This document shows, piece after piece, positions 31,348 to 42,469 of a stretch of 53,576 nucleotides of DNA. How positions within the stretch are numbered: the first letter of the stretch is position 1; each line of letters begins with the position of its first letter. This DNA is from Actinomycetes bacterium (GTDB lineage Bacteria; Actinomycetota; Acidimicrobiia; Acidimicrobiales; Acidimicrobiaceae), in contig JAJYHJ010000033.1 of the NCBI GenBank assembly GCA_021784785.1, positions 1 through 53,576 of the forward strand, given 5' to 3'. Under the pieces are notes generated by a model that saw nothing but the letters and a program-made list of their open reading frames with translations, searched no databases and was not told the origin of the DNA. The position numbers and the translations under genes were made by a program.

Positions 31348-31932
31348 TCCAACACCATCTCATTTGCGTCCCAGATCCCACAACTTTGTTTAAAAGCTCA
31401 GCACTAAATTAACGCCCTCGACTCGACTCTCAGGATAATGAAGCATTCAAATACTACCAACGTAAAGTAGACTGTGCACGAAACTAGAGGAAAAGTTTGA
31501 GAAATAATAAACCCTTAACCCGCGATACAGATACCATCTAGATAAAAGACGGCCAACGTACATATTTGTTCGATCAGCAAGGAGCCATTGCAGTTGCAAG
31601 CTCCCGTCAAAGTACCGCGTGGGAAGTCGATCAACTTGTTCCTCCGAGGCCGTTACCCAAAAAGATCGCCAACACCTTTTTTTATAACCTTTAGAGCGAA
31701 ACCAATTATCTTTATACCTCTCGACACGTTTTCAAAACAGTCGTCACTTTGAGCGCATAATTCACTACCTAGAGTTCAAATACACCTAACTCAAAACACA
31801 GTTTCCCCGAATGTAAATAGAAGTATTTAATTCAAATAATTTCGCCTTCGATAGGCGCTTGAACCTCTAATACTCTAGATTATACCTGCAGGGTACTCCT
31901 CACCATAAAACTCACTATAGCAAGGACGACAA

Positions 31933-32913
31933 GTGGAATATCATCTCTGGAAGCGCTTGAACCGAGTGGTCAAGTTCACTCTTTCTAGCTTATCTGTCGC
32001 AACATCGTTCGAAGAGAAACTCACGTTATCACCTTATATATTTGCCGCTTCAATCGCGTCATTAATACCAGTATCTAGCTATGACAGAGTCGCCGGCATT
32101 TGGGGCCTTGTGAGATACGCTACACAACCAGAGAGACGTCGATACTCCAGGAACGCCCAGAGACTTGTTGCCCGCGACTTTACGAGCAAATTCGATGTAG
32201 AAGTAAGGAACCTTCTCGCATTCAAGTCTTACGTAAAGTTCTGGCTCGAAAACCTTGCTCATCTGGTCGAAGGTCCGTCACGCACAACATACAACCTAAC
32301 CATGGAAGGCAACCAAGCCGTTATGGATTGGCTTAGCACCGGCCGCGGAGCGATACTTGCGACAGCACATATAGGAAATCCAGACTGGGGAGGCATCGCT
32401 ATCTCAAGAACCATCAACCCTCTCGCCGCTATCTTCGGACCGCTTGAACCTCCTGTATTTGAAAAGTGGTCCTACCAACTGCGAACTACCATGGGGCTTG
32501 AGACAATATTTCTTCGTGATTCAAACGTCACGAAGCAGATCATAAATAAAATAGACGAAGGAACACTGGTTGCTTTAACGTGTGACTTCAACATATCAGG
32601 AAATGCTCTTGAGATAGAGTTCTTCTCCAAACTTTTCCCACTTGCATCTGGACCTGCTACTATTTCCTTGCGGACCAATACTCCAGTATTTCCCGGAACA
32701 GTTTTAATGAAACCAGACGGAGGCCACCATCTACTATTTGGGCCGCCAATTTTTCCCAAGGACATCCAAGGCGACAGTATCTCTCATAGAATCAAACTGC
32801 TCACACAGGCAATAGGTAAAGAACTTGAATCGCAGATATTGATGGCTCCTGAACAGTGGCATGTGGTCGTGCCTTTAACCATAAAGGATAATACCACTCC
32901 CTCAATTCGCTAA
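31933..32913 (+). CDS. LpxL/PatA-family glycolipid acyltransferase
   Basis: TAHIGNPD (HX4D), EFFSK...GPA, APEQWH. Confidence 0.85.
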   Translation: MEYHLWKRLNRVVKFTLSSLSVATSFEEKLTLSPYIFAASIASLIPVSSYDRVAGIWGLVRYATQPERRRYSRNAQRLVARDFTSKFDVEVRNLLAFKSYVKFWLENLAHLVEGPSRTTYNLTMEGNQAVMDWLSTGRGAILATAHIGNPDWGGIAISRTINPLAAIFGPLEPPVFEKWSYQLRTTMGLETIFLRDSNVTKQIINKIDEGTLVALTCDFNISGNALEIEFFSKLFPLASGPATISLRTNTPVFPGTVLMKPDGGHHLLFGPPIFPKDIQGDSISHRIKLLTQAIGKELESQILMAPEQWHVVVPLTIKDNTTPSIR

Positions 32914-33103
32914 AAATTACAGACTTGCCTGAAAAACTCCTATCAAACCTTCAAGGTATCCCGTGGAAAATACTTACTCAAACCAACTATTTTCATTGCG
33001 CGCTTCAAGCTCGTGGTGAGAACAATTGACCTACAATGGTTCTAGGAGATGAGAAAAGGCAAGCGAGTCCTTTGTCATTTAATAGACTGAGAAAAGGCGA
33101 AAA

Positions 33104-34084
33104 GTGGGTTCCAATCGGGAAATTATCCAGCACGAAAGCCTAGGGACTGATGATATGAACGACCCAACCAGCGATGGCCACCCGCAGATATCTATAGTCA
33201 TACCGACGAGAAACTCGGCGCGCACTCTCGCACGATGTCTTTCCTCAATCAAAGCTCAAACGCTACCTTGTGAGGTAGTAGTCGTGGACAATGACTCAAT
33301 GGACGAGACTATAGAGATTGCACGCAACTTTGGATACCGAGTTGTAAGGGGCGGGCCTGAGCGTTCAGCCCAGAGAAACATCGGGCTCTCTCTCTGCAAT
33401 GGCACAGTAGTTGGCTTTATCGACTCAGATATGATACTTGATCCAGAAGTCGCTGAAGAAGTAAACCGTTTAATAGATGACTCCTGCGTCGCAGTCGTAG
33501 TGCCGGAATATACGTCCGGATCAGGATATTGGACCTCCGTGCGAGCGTTCGAACGTTCCATGTATCTAGAGAATCAAAACGTCGAAGCAGCACGCTTTTT
33601 CCGAAAGTCAGTCGTCGATCAGATCCACGGCTTTAACGAGCAACTTACCGGCGGTGAAGATTGGGATCTTGAGATTAGAGTTCGAGACCACGGAACGATC
33701 AGACGTACCGACGCTCAAATAGAACACGACGAAGGGAGGCTTCAATATATTGAGGCGTGCAAGAAAAAGGGGTACTACGCAAAAGGTTATGCAAAGTTCG
33801 CTCAAGAACATGGAGTTCGAAAGTTAATCTCGATAACTTTTGATCGACCCTACATCAAGTCGCCCAAGGTACTAATCTCAACAAAAGGCATTGGATTAAT
33901 AGCTTTAAAACTTGGTGAGCTTGTGGCGATCCTATCAGTAGTTATGCGCCAACTTGTTTTGGATAACACAACGTCGCGCTTCTTGCATAATGCGGCACTG
34001 GCCGAAGTTTCCTCGTCAAGAGCTCGGGGATTCATAGCACACGTTCGCATGAACGTGTGCGTGCAAGATCGTGAAGATACGTGA
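33104..34084 (+). CDS. GT2 glycosyltransferase
   Basis: IVIPTRN, VVDNDSMD, ERSAQRN, FIDSD, GFNE...EDWD. Confidence 0.9.
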   Translation: MGSNREIIQHESLGTDDMNDPTSDGHPQISIVIPTRNSARTLARCLSSIKAQTLPCEVVVVDNDSMDETIEIARNFGYRVVRGGPERSAQRNIGLSLCNGTVVGFIDSDMILDPEVAEEVNRLIDDSCVAVVVPEYTSGSGYWTSVRAFERSMYLENQNVEAARFFRKSVVDQIHGFNEQLTGGEDWDLEIRVRDHGTIRRTDAQIEHDEGRLQYIEACKKKGYYAKGYAKFAQEHGVRKLISITFDRPYIKSPKVLISTKGIGLIALKLGELVAILSVVMRQLVLDNTTSRFLHNAALAEVSSSRARGFIAHVRMNVCVQDREDT

Positions 34085-34428
34085 GATTATTTAAACAGTC
34101 TCTAATGTCATTGATGTTCATCCGCCTACCAGAAGCAGTGTCAACGTTTGTTCACTTCCCGTGCTCCGATGACTCAAAGAGAGGTTAGCCCGACTGTCGC
34201 AGTGCAAGGTCTTTCGTCGCTCCTCGGCTAGGGTTGCGACTCCGGCAAGCTTCAAACCTTTCGTCAAGGCGTTGGAGGACGGTCTTCGTGTTGGCGTATG
34301 AATAGTGCAACCTCTGCGGACGTCGCAGGGACATAGTGCATGATCCATTAGTGTCGGCCTTAAATGATTCTTGGTAGTTGTTGTTAAACAATTTGACAAT
34401 GTACCAAGTCAGAGCTCAATCAGTAATT

Positions 34429-36336
34429 TTAGGTGGCCAAACCTCGTTCTATTAAACTTTGCATTATGCGCTCCACTGTCGTCTCAGGATCAACAGAGGC
34501 GTTCAAGATATGAATCTCAGGCCTCTCTGGCGGCTCATACGGCGAGTCAATGCCAGTAAAGTTAGGAAGCTGCCCAGCTCGGGCCTTCTTATAAAGTCCC
34601 TTTGGGTCTCTATTCTCAGCGACCGAAAGAGGCACATCTAAGTAGACCTCGATAAAGTCACCCGAGTCGAACAGGTCTCGAGCCAACTCTCTCTCTGATC
34701 TAAATGGCGATATGAAGGACGCTATGACGACTAAGCCAGCGTCAACCATCAACTTAGCAACCTCAGCAACTCTTCTAATGTTTTCAACTCTGTCTGCCTC
34801 GGTAAAGCCTAGATCCTTGTTGAGTCCGGATCTAACGTTATCTCCGTCCAGAATATAGGTGTGAATTCCTTGCGCGAAGAGCTTTTTCTCTAAAAGATTC
34901 GCCACGGTCGACTTTCCGGATCCGGAAAGTCCTGTAAACCAAACGAGAGCAGAGCGATGCCGAAATAATTGACGACGAACATCACGATTAACCTCAAAAT
35001 CATGCCAATGCACGTTGTCTGAACGCCGAAGTACGTAGTCAACCATTCCAGCACCTACAGTATCCATCGTCATACGATCAATCACGATGAAACTGCCTCC
35101 TGCACGAGCGTCAGCGTAGCGTTCGAGTGGTACAGGAGAACTAAGTGTCGCGTTGCACACTCCTATAGAGTTTAACGACAGGGTTCTTGCTGCTAAATGT
35201 TCCAAGGTGTTCACATTCACTTCGTATCGAGGAGGTTCAAACGTAGCATTTACCGTACGCGTTCCTATTTTTAGAAGGTAAGTCCTCCCAGAAAACATAT
35301 CTTCATTACCCATCCAAACCAACGTCGCTCTAAGATGTTCAGCAACTTGAGGAGCATCCTTATATGAGCAGAGCAAGTCCCCTCTACTCACATCAACCTC
35401 CTCATTGAACGTCAGGACTACTGACTGTCCATCAATAGCTTCTTCTACGTCGTCAACGCCAAGCAGTATGCCTTTCACGCTAACTTCTATGCCGGAGGGT
35501 AGCACTAAAAGACGCTCACCTTTAAATACCCTCCCAGAAGTTATCATGCCCGCCACCCCTCTAAACTCTGGCGACGGTCGGATGGCGTACTGAACCGGCA
35601 TCCTGAAAGGACTATCCGATGGGCTCCGTTCGCTTGGAACTGATTCAAGATACGAGAGCAGGGAAGGCCCCACATACCATGGAGTTCTTTCGCTTTTTGA
35701 CAGCAAATTGTCACCACGCAAGGCGCAAAGTGGTATGTAGGTCACATCCTTCAACCCAATCTCTCCGGCATAGCAAGCAAACTCCTCGCAGATTCGGTTA
35801 AAAGCTTCCTCATCGTAGTCAACAAGATCGATCTTATTAACCGCAAGAACTACATGTCTAACTCCCAGTAGTTTGACTAAGTAGCTATGCCGTTTAGTCT
35901 GCGTTACTAGCCCCTTCGACGCGTCGAGAAGGATAACCGCGAGATCCGCTGAAGAAGCACCGGTTACCATGTTCCTCGTGTACTGCTCATGGCCTGGAGT
36001 GTCTGCAAGTATGAATGACCTTCGTGCGGTCGAAAAGTATCGATAGGCAACATCGATAGTTATGCCTTGTTCCCGCTCTGCGATTAAACCGTCTACAAGT
36101 AATGCAAAGTCAATTTCGGATCCTTGGGTTCCATGGCGCTTGGAGTCTTCGCTCAACTGTGCCAACGTATCGTCATAAACTAGCTGAGAGTCATACAGCA
36201 ACCGACCAATTAGGGTCGACTTTCCGTCATCAACACTCCCACATGTAAATACCCTAAGGAGATCCCTCTCTATCAATTCATTCGTCATCACATAAACCAT
36301 GCCTTTTTTATTCACTTGCATATATACATGCATCAC
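34429..36336 (-). CDS. cysNC: Bifunctional sulfate adenylyltransferase subunit 1 / APS kinase (CysN/CysC, NodQ-like); likely start near 36288
   Basis: [27 protein letters not shown] GTPase motifs; C-terminal [26 protein letters not shown]. Confidence 0.97.
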   Translation of the reverse strand: MMHVYMQVNKKGMVYVMTNELIERDLLRVFTCGSVDDGKSTLIGRLLYDSQLVYDDTLAQLSEDSKRHGTQGSEIDFALLVDGLIAEREQGITIDVAYRYFSTARRSFILADTPGHEQYTRNMVTGASSADLAVILLDASKGLVTQTKRHSYLVKLLGVRHVVLAVNKIDLVDYDEEAFNRICEEFACYAGEIGLKDVTYIPLCALRGDNLLSKSERTPWYVGPSLLSYLESVPSERSPSDSPFRMPVQYAIRPSPEFRGVAGMITSGRVFKGERLLVLPSGIEVSVKGILLGVDDVEEAIDGQSVVLTFNEEVDVSRGDLLCSYKDAPQVAEHLRATLVWMGNEDMFSGRTYLLKIGTRTVNATFEPPRYEVNVNTLEHLAARTLSLNSIGVCNATLSSPVPLERYADARAGGSFIVIDRMTMDTVGAGMVDYVLRRSDNVHWHDFEVNRDVRRQLFRHRSALVWFTGLSGSGKSTVANLLEKKLFAQGIHTYILDGDNVRSGLNKDLGFTEADRVENIRRVAEVAKLMVDAGLVVIASFISPFRSERELARDLFDSGDFIEVYLDVPLSVAENRDPKGLYKKARAGQLPNFTGIDSPYEPPERPEIHILNASVDPETTVERIMQSLIERGLAT

Positions 36337-36344
36337 AAAAGAAA

Positions 36345-37259
36345 TCAGAAGTAACCATTTTGTCGCTTGATCTCCATCGATCCAGATGCATCATGATCAA
36401 TGACCCTGCCATACCTCTCTGACGTCGACGTCCTACTGAGTTCCTCTATTATCTCGTCTATAGATGAGGCATCTGACTCAATTGCAGCTGTAAGTGGGTA
36501 ACATCCAAGGGTTCGAAATCTGACTTTTCTCAGATGCGTTGACTCATTGGGTCGAAAGCGAAATCTTTCATCATCGACAACTATTAAACCTTCGTCTCGG
36601 ACCACACAGGGTCTTTCTTTCGCAAAGTAGAGCGACACAATTGGAATCGACTCTCGTCTTATATATCTCCAAATATCCATCTCTGTCCAGTTCGACAAGG
36701 GAAAAACTCTCAGAGTCTGCCCGAGTGCCAACCCTGTATTGTACAGATTCCACATCTCAGGGCGTTGAGCCTTTGGATCCCATCTCTGAGAGGACGATCG
36801 CACTGAAAACACTCTTTCCTTCGCACGAGCACGCTCTTCATCTCGTCTTGCTCCCGCAAACGCCATGTCGAACTTGCCGTTAGCAAGTGCCTGGAGAAGT
36901 CCCTCGGTCTTCCATAGATCAGTATGAACCGCCGATCCGTGATCAAAGGGGTTTATTCCGTTTTCAAGACAGTAAGGATTTTGGTGCACAATCAGTTCCA
37001 TGCTCGAAGATTGCGCCGCTTGATCTCTAAAGGAGTACATCTCAGAGAACTTCCACGTTGTATCGACGTGTAATAGCGGGAACGGGGGCCGAGACGGATA
37101 GAACGCCTTGCGGGCAAGGTGCAGCAGCACCGACGAGTCTTTCCCCACTGAGTACAACATCACTGGACGTTTCGAAGTAGCTACGGCTTCCCGCATGATA
37201 TATATGCTCTCGGACTCCAGCAGATCTAAGTTGGATAACCTAGCTCTCATATTTGTCAC
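36345..37259 (-). CDS. cysD: Sulfate adenylyltransferase subunit 2 (NodP-like)
   Basis: [36 protein letters not shown]. Confidence 0.97.
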   Translation of the reverse strand: MTNMRARLSNLDLLESESIYIMREAVATSKRPVMLYSVGKDSSVLLHLARKAFYPSRPPFPLLHVDTTWKFSEMYSFRDQAAQSSSMELIVHQNPYCLENGINPFDHGSAVHTDLWKTEGLLQALANGKFDMAFAGARRDEERARAKERVFSVRSSSQRWDPKAQRPEMWNLYNTGLALGQTLRVFPLSNWTEMDIWRYIRRESIPIVSLYFAKERPCVVRDEGLIVVDDERFRFRPNESTHLRKVRFRTLGCYPLTAAIESDASSIDEIIEELSRTSTSERYGRVIDHDASGSMEIKRQNGYF

Positions 37260-38088
37260 AAACCTCTCTTATAACGCTAAGCAGTTCCGATGCTAACTCA
37301 GGTCTACAGATTAAGATATCTGGCATGTAGGGGCTAGACCTGTTGTACTTCAATGCAGAGCCGTCGATGCGTGATGCATGCAAACCGCAAGCAAGGGCAA
37401 CGCCTACGGGTGCCGCCGAGTCCCACTCGTACTGGCCTCCCGCATGAAGGTACGCGTCAGCTCTACCCGCCACTACTTCCATAGCTTTGACACCTGCTGA
37501 ACCCATAGGAACGATCTCTAGATCTAAGTATTCTCCAAGCCTAAAGATCCAATCAGGTGGACGTGTCGCACTTACAACCACTCGCATGGGACTTTGTATT
37601 TTGAAAGGGTTTTTGACCAAGTCGAACGAGGTGTAAACTTCCCCCTTGGACGGCAGTGCGACAACAGCCACTGATATACCAGCGGTAACCTTTTCCTGTG
37701 TTGTCGCACAAAGTTTCGACCAAAGAGCTATGTGAATCGCCCATTCATCGTTTCCTTCAGTTCCAAACTCTCGGCTACCATCTAAAGGGTCAACTATCCA
37801 CACCCGTTCGACATCCAGTCGATGCTTATCGTCGCTAAGTTGCTCTTCTGAAAGTAACGCGTCATCAGGACGATTTACCCTGATCAACTCTCGGATTATC
37901 TCTTCAGACACGATATCGCCCCTGTCACTGAGAGTCTTCCCATGCTCTCCTGTTGCAAAGCCTTCCTTACGAATCTCAAGTAAAGCAAGTGACGCCTTCT
38001 CAGCTATATCTAGAGCGAGCCTCATATCATCTTGTCGAACAGCCACCGTTCTCCCATCCCAAGTATTCATCGTGGACCCTTGCAACAA
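37240..38088 (-). CDS. cysQ: 3'(2'),5'-bisphosphate (PAP) nucleotidase
   Basis: [31 protein letters not shown]. Confidence 0.93.
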   Translation of the reverse strand: MLQGSTMNTWDGRTVAVRQDDMRLALDIAEKASLALLEIRKEGFATGEHGKTLSDRGDIVSEEIIRELIRVNRPDDALLSEEQLSDDKHRLDVERVWIVDPLDGSREFGTEGNDEWAIHIALWSKLCATTQEKVTAGISVAVVALPSKGEVYTSFDLVKNPFKIQSPMRVVVSATRPPDWIFRLGEYLDLEIVPMGSAGVKAMEVVAGRADAYLHAGGQYEWDSAAPVGVALACGLHASRIDGSALKYNRSSPYMPDILICRPELASELLSVIREVCDKYES

Positions 38089-38223
38089 AGCCGCAAAACG
38101 GCCTCATCTCACTTACGTAACCTCGAACAGTACAACCTAAAATTACTACAGAACACGAGCAACTTTATAAGACTAAAGTAAAAAACATTCAGTAATCATC
38201 GTGACATAACCTGGAGTCAGATC

Positions 38224-39429
38224 TCAAGAATGTGATCTCACCATCGGCAGCAATCCAACCACTGAAAAAGCTATACCAAGTGCCACTGAGATCAGAAAGT
38301 CCTCAAATGAAAAACCACCTACAGTCGTCACCATCGACGCGGAGAGACTTAGTATCTGAGATGCACCCGCGATCGCTATTGCAGCGCCCAATAAAGAGGC
38401 TATAGCGCTAGCCATAATTACGTGAACAAGGAGTGCGGCATCGGAATTTGATTCACTATCTATACCTCCAAGAAAAAGTCTTCCACGAGACACTCTAAAG
38501 TAGACGTAAAACGACGAAAGTACCAGGGCAAATCCCGACATCCCAAAAAACATATGCTCAAGAGTTAATGCTCCGGCGAGTTGCGATGTAACGAGTTGGC
38601 TCTGTGTTACGATTGAGAAGTTAGCTTGAAATGGGTTTGATAACTGGTGTAGCTGAAGTAGCGTTGTGTCCACCTCGCTTGCCACCTGCTCGACGACGGC
38701 TGCATTGACGGTCCGAAAAACTATCTGACTCTCCAATTGGCCTCGGCCAGGAACGACTCGTGACCACATGGTAGTTTGAGGTATAATCACACGATCATCT
38801 AAGTTGTCGCTTCCATAGAACCCTCTAGATTTGAGCACTCCAATAACTTTGAACTGCGTTCCCGACATCGTAATGCTTTGGCCAATCGGATTCACTGAAC
38901 CAAAAAGCTGTTCTTCAATCGTTGAGCCGAGTACCACAACCGGCGCAGACGCTGCTAGGTCTTGGCTTTCAATGAATCTGCCGACGCTCAATTGAAATTG
39001 CGTACAGTATGCATAAGACTGCGTTGTACCGATCACTTCTCCCGAAACTGAACGAGCTCCGAAAGAAAACGTACCCTGGGATATGGTCGCTGGCGCCATT
39101 GCTACCGTTCCCGGGATAGCACCAGGCTGCGATAGAGCAGAGACGTCACTCGTTGTCAAACTATTAGACGAGACACCGTAGTCCAGGCCCGTAGAAGACG
39201 GTGGTATAGGAGACACAAGTACCATCTCCGGAGAGAGTCCAGCTACTACTTTTCGACTAATGGCAGCCGCAGTATTTGACAGGTAAAATGTCGTGGCCAC
39301 GAAAAACACAGCTACAAGAGTTACAAAACCCGTAACAATCAACCCAAGAATCCGAACTCTGAGAGTTACGCTATCAGCGTTAACGCTCTTATGCACCTCC
39401 TCTGAGTCAGTCTCTGACCGAGACTCCAT
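38224..39429 (-). CDS. MacB-like ABC permease (periplasmic-type core domain, divergent FtsX C-terminus)
   Basis: TM, then 'GRFIESQDL...VVLGSTIEEQLFG..NPIGQSI...FKVIGVL...DDRVIIP', then 3 TM. Confidence 0.8.
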   Translation of the reverse strand: MESRSETDSEEVHKSVNADSVTLRVRILGLIVTGFVTLVAVFFVATTFYLSNTAAAISRKVVAGLSPEMVLVSPIPPSSTGLDYGVSSNSLTTSDVSALSQPGAIPGTVAMAPATISQGTFSFGARSVSGEVIGTTQSYAYCTQFQLSVGRFIESQDLAASAPVVVLGSTIEEQLFGSVNPIGQSITMSGTQFKVIGVLKSRGFYGSDNLDDRVIIPQTTMWSRVVPGRGQLESQIVFRTVNAAVVEQVASEVDTTLLQLHQLSNPFQANFSIVTQSQLVTSQLAGALTLEHMFFGMSGFALVLSSFYVYFRVSRGRLFLGGIDSESNSDAALLVHVIMASAIASLLGAAIAIAGASQILSLSASMVTTVGGFSFEDFLISVALGIAFSVVGLLPMVRSHS

Positions 39430-40886
39430 CAGGAGATACCCGCCTGTGCGAATCCCTGATTCGCGGCGAGCTCGACTTGTTCACCCTTTTGGAGCCCCGA
39501 GGTAATTTGCACCATCGTCAGGCCCTGTGTACCCAAGGTGACGTTAGTCTCGATACTACGATTACCGTTCCATACCATAACCTTTGGTACACCACCAACT
39601 GTAAACACCGCTGATAAAGGAACTGCGAGTACGGATGTAACTCTTGACACGAACACGGACACCGCCACCGACATTCCCCAACTCAACCCCTTCACGGAGT
39701 CCAAAGAGACAGTCGCAAAGTATGAGGGAACCGATGCTACGGTCACTGGCGAAGCGGATACGGCGATAACCTTACCTGAGATATTGAGTTGTTTGAGTCC
39801 TTGTCCTGTTATCGTCACAGAACGTCCGACACTAATCTGGGAGGTGCTTTGAGATGGATAGGAGAACGCGACCACGAGCTTAGAAGGTTGTCCTATTACG
39901 ATGAAAGGTAGCTGGTTGCCTCCGAAATTTGCCACAACTGCGGACAGAGGTGTCGATGTTCCAGGTAGCGTCTGCGATGTAGTGGGGGCTCCTGTAACGT
40001 TCTCGCCAACCTGCCCGTTTATGGCCAAGACGACGCCGGTGGCAGGCGCTGTCAGAGAGTACTGATCTAGGTGCGCTTGGGCGACCTGTAGGGCAGAGTT
40101 GGCAGCATTTACCTTTGCTTGTGCTTCAGAGACTTGAAATGGATCAGGTGTAGACGCTGCACTTAACGCTGCCTGGGCTGCATTCACCTGGCCCTGGGCT
40201 TCGCTTTCTCGCAAAGCACCCGACGAAGCATCGCTTTGGCTTCTCTGTTGATCAATAGTCAGTTGCCTCTGATCCTGTGCTATCTGCGTAGAATATGACT
40301 GACAGAGAGCTGACGTTGAGTTTGCGTTAACAGAACAGTTCGCTCCGTTATACTCCGATTGAACTGCCTGAAGAGCCGCCTCGTCACTTTGTATATTCTG
40401 TGCATCGATACTCGCTGTCTCTTGCACGCTCGCAATAGTCTGGCTTTGAACCTGCTCGGCATTTGACAAAACGGTAGATCGGAACGTGGACTGAGCAGGT
40501 GTGAGCGGACTTTGCGCCGCGCTCAAAGTTGCTTGGGCAGACGCTAAGTTCGCTTCCGCTTGTGAAACCGCGCTAGAAGCCGAAGAACTCTGCAGATTTG
40601 CAAGGACCATACCAGCTGATACTTTCTGCCCTATCTTCACAGTTATCGAGGCCACAGTTCCAGGTATAGCAAAATTCAGACCCGTCTCCGTCGCCGGCAC
40701 CACCGTGCCCGTTTCATTCACTGATGCCTCAAAGGAACTATAAGCCGCAGTTGCCAATTGAGGCGAGAGCGTAGAGTTAGTCGACGAGGGAAGAATGATT
40801 CTCACTCCAACGGTTACCGCCGCGACGGCTAACAGCACCGAAACGGCTATAACAAAGAACTTAGTTAACGAACTTGACATGTACAA
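39429..40886 (-). CDS. MacA/HlyD-family membrane fusion (adaptor) protein
   Basis: N-terminal TM, lipoyl halves 'GTVASITVKIGQKV' and 'LTAPATGVVLAINGQVGENV', long Ala/Gln coiled coil, 'VLAVPLSAV...GLQKGEQV'. Confidence 0.9.
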   Translation of the reverse strand: MYMSSSLTKFFVIAVSVLLAVAAVTVGVRIILPSSTNSTLSPQLATAAYSSFEASVNETGTVVPATETGLNFAIPGTVASITVKIGQKVSAGMVLANLQSSSASSAVSQAEANLASAQATLSAAQSPLTPAQSTFRSTVLSNAEQVQSQTIASVQETASIDAQNIQSDEAALQAVQSEYNGANCSVNANSTSALCQSYSTQIAQDQRQLTIDQQRSQSDASSGALRESEAQGQVNAAQAALSAASTPDPFQVSEAQAKVNAANSALQVAQAHLDQYSLTAPATGVVLAINGQVGENVTGAPTTSQTLPGTSTPLSAVVANFGGNQLPFIVIGQPSKLVVAFSYPSQSTSQISVGRSVTITGQGLKQLNISGKVIAVSASPVTVASVPSYFATVSLDSVKGLSWGMSVAVSVFVSRVTSVLAVPLSAVFTVGGVPKVMVWNGNRSIETNVTLGTQGLTMVQITSGLQKGEQVELAANQGFAQAGIS

Positions 40887-40971
40887 TCGCTACAAACCTG
40901 GTACAAAAAATAAGTCATTGCCTCGTATCCTTAGTATTCGCCAAATCAAACCTTGCCACCCACGCGAGACA

Positions 40972-41004
40972 TCACCGCCAACCATGACGGCTGTTCGAGG
41001 ACAT
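40972..41004 (-). CDS. 10-aa small ORF MSSNSRHGWR with a perfect SD
   Basis: Minus strand AAAGGAGGTGATAAT-ATG TCC TCG AAC AGC CGT CAT GGT TGG CGG TGA; SD pairs with upstream ACCTCC. Confidence 0.5.
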   Translation of the reverse strand: MSSNSRHGWR

Positions 41005-41257
41005 ATTATCACCTCCTTTAAGCGGAGGTCCTAAAAGAACTTTAAAATCACACCCACCGTGCTGCAGCAGTATCACCTACAACACTTAGAGTATCCATGC
41101 AACCACGTTAGGTATAATTTTATAAAATGGATAAGAGGTGAAGACATTATCGTCGAGCATATCGAGATGCCATCGTGGACGTACAATCTCAAGCGCTGTT
41201 ACCAACGAGATCGCAAAGCAGCTACCACTACACCTAGCTAACCCATAATCTTTATAT

Positions 41258-42160
41258 CTATACCGTGCTTACTTCCTCATCTAAGCTCTTTGAAGAGGTG
41301 ATTAAACCGCATAAGGTTCCCTTGAGATATAAAACGATGAGCTTCTTTCTATCGTCTCTGGTTCTAGTCGTAAAAATCAGCGCCACCACGGATACAGGTA
41401 AAACGATTAATGCAAACAACATCCACGTTACGGCGTCGTTGTGATAGGTCTTGCGATAAACAATTCGACTTTGGGCCTGATCAAAGATATTGGTGGGGTT
41501 GATCCGCGTAAAGTAACCTGAGTAGTCTATATCATGGTAGATAGTGGAATCATAACAAGTCACTACCTGGTATCCAGCTTGCCTAATCTTATTACCAAAG
41601 TCAGCTTCGGACCAGTTGTGAGGGAATCTACGCCAATCAAATGATACGCCTGATCTGCGAAGTTCATTTCGCGTCATAAAGACATTGGGCTGGAAATCAA
41701 CAACCTTACTCTTGACAGATACCGTCGTCTCTCGATCGTAGGAGACCACCAAAAATCGATTGATCCTTCCACCGGCGCACCACACACTGCCATCTGACCA
41801 TCTTCGTTGAACAGGGCCAACCAAGGCCACCCGTTCATTCTCATCCAAAAAGTCTGCCAAGATCGACAATGCTTGGCCCTCAATTATGTTGTCATCGTCG
41901 ATGAAACACACATACTTTCCCGTCGACACATCCCATCCTTGCTGACGAGCCTTGGCACTTAGCACGTTTTCCTCGTTACGAAGGTAGATAACGTTAGGAA
42001 ACTGCGCCACCACGTCGCTAGTACCGTCAGAGGAGGCATTATCTACGACCACGATCTCCTCGATTTCGCTATCCAAGAGAGGGACTAACTGTTCGAGCAA
42101 TCTCATTAACATGTGGCAGCGATTTCGCGTAGGAATCACTATCGATACTCGTTTAGACAT
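41258..42160 (-). CDS. GT2 glycosyltransferase
   Basis: IVIPTRNR, VVDNASSDGT, FIDDD, SEADF, IYHD; C-terminal TM. Confidence 0.9.
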   Translation of the reverse strand: MSKRVSIVIPTRNRCHMLMRLLEQLVPLLDSEIEEIVVVDNASSDGTSDVVAQFPNVIYLRNEENVLSAKARQQGWDVSTGKYVCFIDDDNIIEGQALSILADFLDENERVALVGPVQRRWSDGSVWCAGGRINRFLVVSYDRETTVSVKSKVVDFQPNVFMTRNELRRSGVSFDWRRFPHNWSEADFGNKIRQAGYQVVTCYDSTIYHDIDYSGYFTRINPTNIFDQAQSRIVYRKTYHNDAVTWMLFALIVLPVSVVALIFTTRTRDDRKKLIVLYLKGTLCGLITSSKSLDEEVSTV

Positions 42161-42469
42161 GTCCCTAACACCAACTCCTACACAACAAGGGTCAAAAACC
42201 AGCCATTAGAGAGCGTGATCGCACTGAAAGCAAGCACAGACGTATCCTATCGCAATTCCAACTAGATCTTGTCGGAGAGACATTGCCATCACAAGATAAA
42301 TTCTTACAGCCAGATAGTATCTTGGTAAGAGAGGTTGTCATTGCACGTATAGATCCGATACCACAAGGGTATCTGATGACACTGGATACTAATACCAGCA
42401 AATCGCACATCACTGAAAGCGCCTCTATCAGATCTCATTGTCTTGTTCGTCAATAAACAAAACGAACTG

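Noticed and set aside
21275-40886. RaxX/RaxST-type sulfotyrosine peptide system
   Set aside because: Sulfotransferase, PAPS genes and an adaptor are present, but there is no C39 peptidase ABC transporter or convincing Tyr-containing precursor, and the neighbours are glycan genes
40912-41004. Selenocysteine read-through of the micro-ORF TGA (MSSNSRHGWR-U-CLAWVARF...)
   Set aside because: No clear bacterial SECIS hairpin after the TGA and no sel context
42192-42413. 73-aa ORF with 6 Cys between the beta-helix gene and a GT2
   Set aside because: Weak SD, no recognisable Cys pattern or maturase; probably spurious
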